Positions 1 through 7,083 of a stretch of DNA of 64,000 nt are shown here, piece by piece. Numbering within the stretch: the first letter of the stretch is position 1; each line of letters begins with the position of its first letter. This DNA is from a virus. The DNA is taken from IMG/VR virus record IMGVR_UViG_3300022918_000011, positions 18,689-82,688 of that record, one strand, 5' to 3'. The notes beneath the pieces were generated by a model. It saw only the letters and a program-made list of their open reading frames with translations. It was not told where the DNA came from and did not search any database. The position numbers and the translations under genes were made by a program.

Positions 1-2
1 GT

Positions 3-188
3 CACGGGTTCTACCCAGAGCAGACGCTGCATGAGTGCGTTGCCAGCGGGTTCAGCATGTGCATCGCTGAGCCGGCTATCAAGCGTATCTGGGCAGCGTG
101 GGATGCAGAGTACCGAGCGACGTGTGAACAGCACGGCGGTCCCTGCGAGGTGCAGGGTTTCGTTTCTCAGTTCAGAACCGACGGGTGA
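3..188 (+). CDS. hypothetical protein, 3' part (runs off window start)
   Basis: Open frame HGFYPEQTLHECV...FRTDG* read manually, stop 5 nt before next ATG. Confidence 0.5.
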   Translation, partial: HGFYPEQTLHECVASGFSMCIAEPAIKRIWAAWDAEYRATCEQHGGPCEVQGFVSQFRTDG

Positions 189-192
189 GCTG

Positions 193-432
193 ATGAATCC
201 ATTTGATCCTAAACCGTTTCCAGACGTTGTCGACTCTCTGGATCATGACGCCTTCTACCTGATCCACGGGTCCACCGTGGAAGAAGACACCGAATGCTGG
301 CGTACAGCTTGGTGGGACAACGACGATAACTTGTTCTTCGACGCCAGTGGTAACGAGGTCGTCGAGGAAAACCTGCTGGTGGTGTTGTTCGTACTGCCGA
401 GGATTGACACGGATGAAGAAGCTCCAAGTTAA
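193..432 (+). CDS. small acidic hypothetical protein
   Basis: ATG at 193 (MNPFDPKPF...) within ORF 31..432, packed between neighbours. Confidence 0.6.
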   Translation: MNPFDPKPFPDVVDSLDHDAFYLIHGSTVEEDTECWRTAWWDNDDNLFFDASGNEVVEENLLVVLFVLPRIDTDEEAPS

Positions 433-622
433 AGCCGGCGACACATGGGCCTGGGTGTTCTGCCGGTTCGCCGGACCAGAACGTCACGGCGAACTGATCA
501 CCACCGAGGACAAGTCCAAGGCGCTGCCCAGCGCCTCAGTCTGGGCAGACGATGACTTGGCCTGGGCCAAGAAGACGTGGCCGGAGCGAGAGTTCCGGCT
601 GGGGCAAATGCTGGACAACTAA
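413..622 (+). CDS. hypothetical protein
   Basis: ATG at 413 (MKKLQVKAG...) overlapping the upstream gene. Confidence 0.6.
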   Translation: MKKLQVKAGDTWAWVFCRFAGPERHGELITTEDKSKALPSASVWADDDLAWAKKTWPEREFRLGQMLDN

Positions 623-653
623 ACGATAACCTTTCTCATATGGGAATTTGAAG

Positions 654-1532
654 ATGCGAAAAATTTTACTTGCGGTTTCCCTGGCGATGTTCGCCTCTGC
701 AGCGTTCGCCGTGCCGGACTTGCGCTTCTGTACAGGAGGCGAGGGTGGGTTCTACGAAGGGTTGGGTACCAGCATCGGTAACGCCATCGTCAAGCAAGAC
801 GGCGGCGTCCTGAAGGTCCTGAACACCGGCGGCAGCGTTGAGAACGCCGAGCGCCTGAAGGACGGCACCTGTGACATCGCGGTCATCCAGAACGACGCGG
901 TCATCAGCCTGCCCATGCCTGCGGACCTGAAGGTCAGCGACGCTCATGTCGAGGTCGTCTACTGGCTGCACGGCAAGGCCGGGGTCGATGACTTCGGCAA
1001 GATGGAAAAGGACAGCGTCGCTGCCAAGTATGCTTTCGCAGCGGTGTCCGGCTCCGGCGCACTGGTGACGGTGCGTAACTGGATCAAGACCGACAAGGAC
1101 TATGAAGGTGCCCGCATCGTCGAGTTCGATGATTGGTACAGCGCTGCCGAAGCGGTTGCCCAAGGCTATGTCAGTAAAGCAGGTGTGCGGATTGAAATCG
1201 CCGGCATGCTTTACATCGGCCGAGCCGGAAAAATCCCGTCTGACATCACCGCTGACTTCGGTAAGCAGATCCTGATAGGCGAAGTGAATGATGACTCATT
1301 CGAGAACGCCAAAGACGCCAACAACAACCCGCTGTACACCCACTGCGAGGTGGACAAAGAAAGCCGCAGCGGCCTGGACACATCGACCACCGGCAAGCCG
1401 GACACCTACTGCTTGCGAGCCCAGATCGTATTCAACAATGAATACCTGAAGGGCCTCGCACCTGGTGATGTGAAGAAAGTTCGCCAGTCGGTGGACAAAG
1501 GCATCAACAGCATCGTGAAAGTCGTTCGCTAA
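654..1532 (+). CDS. TAXI-family (TRAP-associated) periplasmic solute-binding protein
   Basis: Signal peptide MRKILLAVSLAMFASAAFA; TGGEGGFY and NTGGSVENAERL..G.CDIAVIQND motifs typical of TAXI binding proteins. Confidence 0.75.
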   Translation: MRKILLAVSLAMFASAAFAVPDLRFCTGGEGGFYEGLGTSIGNAIVKQDGGVLKVLNTGGSVENAERLKDGTCDIAVIQNDAVISLPMPADLKVSDAHVEVVYWLHGKAGVDDFGKMEKDSVAAKYAFAAVSGSGALVTVRNWIKTDKDYEGARIVEFDDWYSAAEAVAQGYVSKAGVRIEIAGMLYIGRAGKIPSDITADFGKQILIGEVNDDSFENAKDANNNPLYTHCEVDKESRSGLDTSTTGKPDTYCLRAQIVFNNEYLKGLAPGDVKKVRQSVDKGINSIVKVVR

Positions 1533-1548
1533 CACAGCGCACTGAACG

Positions 1549-1572
1549 CTGCCGTCTGGATCCAGACGGCAG
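1549..1572. repeat. perfect 24-bp palindrome CTGCCGTCTGGATCCAGACGGCAG
   Basis: Read directly; extendable by ACTGA/TCAGT arms (1541-1577) with a bulge. Confidence 0.95.
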
Positions 1573-1624
1573 TCAGTTGAGTCCGTTGACAACCACAGAG
1601 CTTAGCGCTCACAGGAGAAACGAT

Positions 1625-2224
1625 ATGGGAACCCCGCACCGCGTTGAACAGGTTGAGATCTTCCACTTCGATCAGCTTTCGGATGGAGCCAAGGAGAAAG
1701 CCCGGGAGTGGTGGCGCAGGCTTGAGCAAAGCGACATGGCATGGGCAGCGGAGCGCCGCGACACGATGGACGCCTTCGCCAAGGAGTTCAACGTCACGTT
1801 CCCCAGGTGGGAGTATGACCAGTGGACATCGAGTGTCGAGACCAGTTGTAGCCGGGTGGATGACGCCATCCGGGATCTGGAGGGGCCGCGTCTCATGGCG
1901 TACCTCTGGAACAACCACAAGGGCATCTTGTACACCCCGAAGGTGTACGAGGTAGACAAGAAGAAGCGCCGTAGCCGCGTGATCCTTGAAGAAACCAGCT
2001 GCCCGTTCACCGGTTACTGCATGGACGATGACATCCTGCAGCCGATCCGGGACTTCATGAAGAAACCGGTCGGGTTCAAGTTCGACACGCTGATGGATGC
2101 CTGCGGTGACGCTTGGGGCAAGTCAGCGCAAGAAGACTTGGCCTGGATCATGGCCGATGAGCAGGTGGACGAGACAATCATGGCCAACGAGTACGAATTC
2201 ACAGTGGAAGGGGAGCGTGTATGA
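1625..2224 (+). CDS. conserved phage/ICE protein (family often labelled 'antitoxin of TA stability system')
   Basis: AGGAG RBS; N-terminal FDQLSDGAKEKAREWW and C-terminal DEQVDETIMANEYEFTVEG signatures. Confidence 0.65.
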   Translation: MGTPHRVEQVEIFHFDQLSDGAKEKAREWWRRLEQSDMAWAAERRDTMDAFAKEFNVTFPRWEYDQWTSSVETSCSRVDDAIRDLEGPRLMAYLWNNHKGILYTPKVYEVDKKKRRSRVILEETSCPFTGYCMDDDILQPIRDFMKKPVGFKFDTLMDACGDAWGKSAQEDLAWIMADEQVDETIMANEYEFTVEGERV

Positions 2225-2688
2225 ACGAAGTCACCCTCTCCGTCGTCCTGCGCTACTCCAGCGCCGCGGCGTTCGCACCGGCCATTGATCGGGTCCAGCA
2301 GATCCTGGACGCTGCCATCGCAACCGAGCTGCTAAACTTTCCTGATTACCAGAACGAGTGTCAGGGTGCCAAGGTGTACGGCGCCCCGCTGTATCTGTGC
2401 TACCTGCCGGACATCATCACCGTCAAGGGTGATTACATCACCCGGCACGGTAACAAGGTCAGCATCGACACCATCAAGCCGCCCGGTACCAACACCGGTA
2501 CCGAGTACAGGGCCGTAGGCCGCGTCTGGCGGCTTTTCCGGGGCAAGATGCGCCCACGCATGCCCAACATGTGGCATGTCAGCGGACGCTGCGACGGCTC
2601 ACGAGAGAGCGGCAAGGACATCGTCGGGCCGTGGCCTGGTGATGACGTGATGGCCCCGCCGAAAGACGGGGCAAAGTGGTTACCATGA
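2221..2688 (+). CDS. hypothetical protein
   Basis: ATGA overlap with upstream gene, GGAG RBS. Confidence 0.7.
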   Translation: MNEVTLSVVLRYSSAAAFAPAIDRVQQILDAAIATELLNFPDYQNECQGAKVYGAPLYLCYLPDIITVKGDYITRHGNKVSIDTIKPPGTNTGTEYRAVGRVWRLFRGKMRPRMPNMWHVSGRCDGSRESGKDIVGPWPGDDVMAPPKDGAKWLP

Positions 2689-2787
2689 GTTAGTCGAAAC
2701 TTCCCGGCGACGGTCGGGTTGTCTGCAGGGCTCGGCCTACCTGCACTGAGGTGACAGGCCAACCACACGCTGGACCAAGCAGTGAGG

Positions 2788-2805
2788 CGTTAATCTAGAT
2801 TAACG
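2788..2805. repeat. perfect 18-bp palindrome CGTTAATCTAGATTAACG (possible operator)
   Basis: Read directly in the intergenic region upstream of 2842. Confidence 0.9.
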
Positions 2806-2841
2806 GCAGCAAAGCAGTAGCCGAAGCAGAGGCTATTAAAA

Positions 2842-3441
2842 ATGAAGCAGTTAGACTTGGCAGTTATATTAACCGACATCGAGAATGCCAGTGGCAAGGT
2901 CGAAGATGTAGCAACCGGGATCATCCAGTTCATCAGGGAGAACGACGTCAAGGACATCGACCACCTCAACGAGGTGTTGGCCGATGCTTTTGCCAAGAAG
3001 AACTGGAGTCAACGGCAAGGCCGGCCACCTGCAGGATCGACCGAGGTCGCCGCGCCGCGCGCCGTGAAGCTGTATGTCTCCACGCTGCGCACCGGGTACC
3101 GTTATGGGTTCGATGTGCAGTCGTTCGAGACCATGCGGGCACTGCGGGATGCAGTGGCCACTGAAACAGAAGCGCGTCGACCTTCACCGGCGTCTCAGGT
3201 TCGCCTGGCTGCGCTGAAGGGTGTAAAGCTGACCTCAGAGTCAGAATTTAACGGAGCAGTTTGGCACGATGGCCCGTTGTTGTTCATCCGGCTGCCGGAT
3301 GAGCGCAAGGAAGCGCTGGAAACAGCCATCCAGAAGGTCATCAACAAGTTCATGAAAGAACTTCCGAAGGTTGAGGATGAGCCGGAGGAGGAGCAGTATC
3401 AGGAAGAAGGCGAGGGGGAGGAAATGCAAGAAGCCTCCTAA
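2842..3441 (+). CDS. hypothetical protein with acidic C-terminal tail
   Basis: 199-aa ORF, GAGG RBS, tail EDEPEEEQYQEEGEGEE. Confidence 0.8.
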   Translation: MKQLDLAVILTDIENASGKVEDVATGIIQFIRENDVKDIDHLNEVLADAFAKKNWSQRQGRPPAGSTEVAAPRAVKLYVSTLRTGYRYGFDVQSFETMRALRDAVATETEARRPSPASQVRLAALKGVKLTSESEFNGAVWHDGPLLFIRLPDERKEALETAIQKVINKFMKELPKVEDEPEEEQYQEEGEGEEMQEAS

Positions 3442-3443
3442 AG

Positions 3444-3484
3444 TATTATCCGGATAATAGTTACGCCCTGCGGGGCGTAACTAT
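3444..3484. repeat. 16-bp palindrome TATTATCCGGATAATA overlapping a 12-bp-stem hairpin
   Basis: 3444-3459 palindrome; ATAGTTACGCCC-TGCG-GGGCGTAACTAT at 3457-3484. Confidence 0.9.
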
Positions 3485-3497
3485 CTGAGAGGCTGGG

Positions 3498-3899
3498 ATG
3501 AAAGCAGTAACCCTGTTGTTTGCCGTGCTGCTGTGCGCTGGATGTGTCGAGAAACGCCCGACCCCGCCGCCAGAAATATTCAAGCTTGGGTTGAACGGGT
3601 TCTACTGCCCAACCCAACATCTGATCTTCGCCCAGGCGTACATGTTCGCCATCCTCCATCGACCCCAGATCATGGAAGGCTGCACCACTGAAGGTGCGGG
3701 CAACTTTGTCACGCTGATCTCCGAGCGCCGCGACGGCGTGGCAGCTGAGGTTGAGCTGAACGGACGCCGCGTCTGGGTGCTGGACGTGCAGCTGGAGACC
3801 ACCGTAACCCCGCCGCCATCCGCCGCAGTGGTACCGCTCAAGGTACCGACTCTGCTGGTGCCTAAAGACGGGCTGCCACAGCATAAGGAGTACCTATGA
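3498..3899 (+). CDS. putative lipoprotein
   Basis: MKAVTLLFAVLLCAGC lipobox-like signal. Confidence 0.65.
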   Translation: MKAVTLLFAVLLCAGCVEKRPTPPPEIFKLGLNGFYCPTQHLIFAQAYMFAILHRPQIMEGCTTEGAGNFVTLISERRDGVAAEVELNGRRVWVLDVQLETTVTPPPSAAVVPLKVPTLLVPKDGLPQHKEYL

Positions 3900-4081
3900 A
3901 CGAGCGGGCTGAGCTGGAGAGGTTCAAGCAGGCGTTTGTTCATGCGGACTTGACGCTGGCAGATACACTGATCCCGGTCGCGACCTTCAAACACCTGACG
4001 ACCCAGCTGTTGTGGCTGGGCTGGCAGGCAGCGCTGACCTTCCGGGAAGGCCGCCTGGACGACGACGGCATCCCGCTCTAA
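3896..4081 (+). CDS. hypothetical protein
   Basis: TAAGGAG RBS, ATGA overlap. Confidence 0.7.
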   Translation: MNERAELERFKQAFVHADLTLADTLIPVATFKHLTTQLLWLGWQAALTFREGRLDDDGIPL

Positions 4082-4152
4082 ACGCAACACATTCCCATCC
4101 ACCAAAACCAAAATCCGAAAAATTTCTTTTCGGGTTCTCAGGAGTCACGCCT

Positions 4153-4329
4153 ATGCGATTCTTCGTCGATGACGAACGCCGCCTGGTACGCACCCATGAC
4201 AGTGTCGGCGGTTACCCCTTCAGCTCTTACAACTGGCGAGAGGTCACGCCGGAAGAGTACGACGCCTTCAGAAAAGTGACGGCGTCGATGAAGCCCAAAG
4301 AACTGCGCAAGTTGCGGGGGTTCGCATGA
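4153..4329 (+). CDS. hypothetical protein
   Basis: AGGAG RBS before ATG 4153 (MRFFVDDERR...). Confidence 0.65.
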   Translation: MRFFVDDERRLVRTHDSVGGYPFSSYNWREVTPEEYDAFRKVTASMKPKELRKLRGFA

Positions 4330-4511
4330 CCGACACCCCTCGCTCCACCGGCCGGATCAAACGCTTGGCCCGTCGGTACCGTAAAGAACATCCCGAGGCG
4401 AGTTGGACAGAATGTCTGAACGCCGTGTCCCAGCAGTTCGGCTGGGCTGACTACAAGGCAGCGTTCAAAACGCTGCCAGAGAAAGACCCGGAGGTCAGCG
4501 ATGGAAATTAA
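4326..4511 (+). CDS. small helical protein (glyoxalase-superfamily N-terminal-like)
   Basis: IKRLARRYRK...WTECLNAVSQQFGWADY pattern; ATGA overlap. Confidence 0.55.
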   Translation: MTDTPRSTGRIKRLARRYRKEHPEASWTECLNAVSQQFGWADYKAAFKTLPEKDPEVSDGN

Positions 4512-4902
4512 CATCACCAAATTCTTCAACACGGCAGCTGTCCGGGAGTTCTCCGGGTCGATAGCCGAGCGTGGCGAGAACGCCGGCAAGGAAACGTGGG
4601 CCAACGCCTGCGAGGAGGCAGCGGACGAACCGCTGCTCACCACGCCGGAGCAGCTGCAAGCCATGCGTGACCACGTCAAAGGCTTCGGTTCCTGGAGCGA
4701 CGAGGAGATCGCAGGGTGGACCGACGTTGAGGTCAATGCACTGTTCATCCAGATGATCGCTGGCGACATCCGTGAGGTGCCGGACATGACCCCGCAGACT
4801 TGGGACTGGGACCTGTACGAGGAGATGTCGCAGGAAGGCATCATCGGCAGTGAGGTGTTCAAGGGTGACGACGGCGAAATTTATTACCACTTAGGAAACT
4901 GA
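4501..4902 (+). CDS. acidic hypothetical protein
   Basis: GGAGG RBS, 133-aa ORF. Confidence 0.75.
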   Translation: MEINITKFFNTAAVREFSGSIAERGENAGKETWANACEEAADEPLLTTPEQLQAMRDHVKGFGSWSDEEIAGWTDVEVNALFIQMIAGDIREVPDMTPQTWDWDLYEEMSQEGIIGSEVFKGDDGEIYYHLGN

Positions 4903-4904
4903 CC

Positions 4905-5096
4905 ATGGCTGAGAAAATCACCATCGTCATCGAGACCGGCAACGCTGCGTTCGATGACAGTCCGGCTACTGAAGTAGGCCGGATCCTCAAGGACTTGGCA
5001 GACAAGTTCCAATACAGCGGTGTGGTGATAGGCACGCTGCGTGATATCAACGGTAACCGGGTTGGTACCGTGAACATTGAGCAGGTGCCCGAATGA
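4905..5096 (+). CDS. conserved small phage protein
   Basis: ITIVIETGNAAF...EVGRIL...LRDINGNRVG motif; AGGA RBS. Confidence 0.7.
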   Translation: MAEKITIVIETGNAAFDDSPATEVGRILKDLADKFQYSGVVIGTLRDINGNRVGTVNIEQVPE

Positions 5097-5560
5097 AACT
5101 CGTCCAACGCATCACCTTTGAAACAACCTTCGAAGTCCCGGACAACGTGGACTACAAGCAGCTGGTCAAGAACCGCATGGCTGCGCTCGATGACTTCGAG
5201 ACTGAGCTGGGAGACAACAAGGCCCTGCGCCCTGCTGGCTCCGTCGGCGCCGACGTCACCATGAGCGTGAACCTCAAGACGGACGTCGAACTGCTGACCA
5301 TGCCGGCGCTGAGCACGGCGCACATCAGCTACGAGGCTGACAGCTGGTTGGGCGAGTGGGGCAGCTCATGCCACGCTCTGGTAATGGCCGACGGAGACGC
5401 CGGTTACTTCGTCCGGGTTCTCACAGACCACGCTGATATAGAGTTGGTACCGCAGTCCATCCGCGAGGTCGCTGCCTGGGCCAACAACTGCGGCCACCAC
5501 TGGTTCCGGCTGGACCGAGACGCCCCGCGCGTTGACGGCCTAACCGCTTACGACTGGTGA
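5093..5560 (+). CDS. DUF5983-like protein
   Basis: LSTAHIS...GYFV...WFRLDRDA...L..YDW C-terminal pattern. Confidence 0.6.
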   Translation: MKLVQRITFETTFEVPDNVDYKQLVKNRMAALDDFETELGDNKALRPAGSVGADVTMSVNLKTDVELLTMPALSTAHISYEADSWLGEWGSSCHALVMADGDAGYFVRVLTDHADIELVPQSIREVAAWANNCGHHWFRLDRDAPRVDGLTAYDW

Positions 5561-5564
5561 TCCC

Positions 5565-5894
5565 ATGATGAAGCGAATGACGGTCACCTTCTCGACGGTG
5601 ATCGAGGCTGAGAACTGGTCAGGGCATGACCGGCGAGAGTTCAACGTTGAGTTCGACAGCACCAAGACCCTCACGGGTGTGGACCTGATGAGGCTCAACG
5701 ACCTGATGGAGTACGCCCACTCCATCAACAAACTCCAAGGCTTCGACATCGCCTACACGGTAGGCAAGATGATCGAACAGGATCTGTCCCGCCCAGCTGA
5801 AACCTTCACAGCCTGTCAACAGGATCTGGATGACCTCGACCTGCTGTCGTGGAAGCTGGAAGTGAAGGTCCGTTACGCGAGGCTACCAACGTGA
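5565..5894 (+). CDS. hypothetical protein
   Basis: ORF packed in operon. Confidence 0.7.
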   Translation: MMKRMTVTFSTVIEAENWSGHDRREFNVEFDSTKTLTGVDLMRLNDLMEYAHSINKLQGFDIAYTVGKMIEQDLSRPAETFTACQQDLDDLDLLSWKLEVKVRYARLPT

Positions 5895-6511
5895 AGATCA
5901 AAGTCACCGAGTACCACATCAGGGAGTTCACTATCGAGCTCCCTGATTGCTTCACCACCTACGACAAGGTGGACAAGCACACCGAGCGCCAGCGTCTCAA
6001 GTACGACGGCCCGGTGCAGGAATCAGTAAGCCAGATCGAATGGAGTCATGTTCTGGAGACCAACCGGGACGTGGCCAAGACCTTGGCTCTGTTCAAGCCG
6101 ACGTTCCAGCACATCCCGTTCAACTTCAGCGGGTACGAGCGGGAGTGTTGGCTGCTGTACATCACTGACTGCCTCCCGGCGGGCGGCGCCTGGCTGAACT
6201 ACCGGACCTGGCTCAACACCGGAGCGTTCGAGCATCACCCTGACCGGGTGGCAGAATGCTTCGAAGACGGTGACAGTGAGCGTATCTACGTTCACTTCCG
6301 GGTTGCCCCGGAGGGCGATGTGGTTGCGCTGTGGGGTGAACCTGACCGCAGGGGGCTCATCAGCAGCTATCAGCACGTCGGCCAGCACGGTGACGCATCG
6401 CCTGAACTGGTCGCTGACTGGCGGGTGGCTACGGCAGCCGAGAAGGCTGACCTGTTCAAAGAATTGGAAGGTCGCGGTTACGTGATCGTGGATAAGGAAC
6501 CGAAAGCATGA
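5891..6511 (+). CDS. hypothetical protein with conserved phage C-terminal domain
   Basis: GTGA overlap; FR..PEGDVVAL...SYQHVGQHG...ELE.RGY pattern. Confidence 0.7.
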   Translation: MKIKVTEYHIREFTIELPDCFTTYDKVDKHTERQRLKYDGPVQESVSQIEWSHVLETNRDVAKTLALFKPTFQHIPFNFSGYERECWLLYITDCLPAGGAWLNYRTWLNTGAFEHHPDRVAECFEDGDSERIYVHFRVAPEGDVVALWGEPDRRGLISSYQHVGQHGDASPELVADWRVATAAEKADLFKELEGRGYVIVDKEPKA

Positions 6512-6831
6512 TTTTCGACACCGGAAACACCAGCGACAAAGCCGACGTAGGCATGCTGATTTTCAGCATCACCACTTACCTGCGGGATAACCATGGTGTC
6601 GGCTGCCAGATCGTCGACACCATGCGGGTTGCCGAGGAGGCAGCGTACTGGTTGCACGAGCTGGTTCTGGTAGATGACAGCTGGGACGGCGTCGTCTGGT
6701 ACGAATATCTGGAAAGCGCCAGCAAAGGATCTCTTGCACAAACGCTTTCCGGCTGTGTAGATTGCGAGGCTATCCCTGTACCTGCTGCGGTACGGCTCTG
6801 GCTTAAAATCAACGAGATCCAAATGAAATGA
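6508..6831 (+). CDS. hypothetical protein
   Basis: AAGGA RBS, ATGA overlap. Confidence 0.65.
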   Translation: MIFDTGNTSDKADVGMLIFSITTYLRDNHGVGCQIVDTMRVAEEAAYWLHELVLVDDSWDGVVWYEYLESASKGSLAQTLSGCVDCEAIPVPAAVRLWLKINEIQMK

Positions 6832-7073
6832 TTCACGTTATCTGTCGCAACGGGCAGCTTGAAATTCTCAAGCGTGAGGCGGTAAGCAGGCGTCGACGGT
6901 GGGACATCAGGGTTACATACGACACACCACTCGGTGAGCAGGTGATCCACATCAAGCCTGACAACAAATGCCGACTGCCTCAGTTAGCCAAGATAGTGTC
7001 AGACGCCATCCACGAAGACATACGCCTTACCGGCACCGTAAATAACATTGCCTGGGAAGCCAAGGGCAGATAA
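6828..7073 (+). CDS. hypothetical protein
   Basis: ATGA overlap; ends just before the MTase RBS. Confidence 0.65.
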   Translation: MIHVICRNGQLEILKREAVSRRRRWDIRVTYDTPLGEQVIHIKPDNKCRLPQLAKIVSDAIHEDIRLTGTVNNIAWEAKGR

Positions 7074-7083
7074 GGAGTTGCAC

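Noticed and set aside
31-192. 5' extension of ORF 31..432
   Set aside because: Overlaps a better frame (3..188); the ATG at 193 fits gene packing
1586-1615. TTGACA as a sigma70 promoter
   Set aside because: No acceptable -10 box at 16-18 nt spacing
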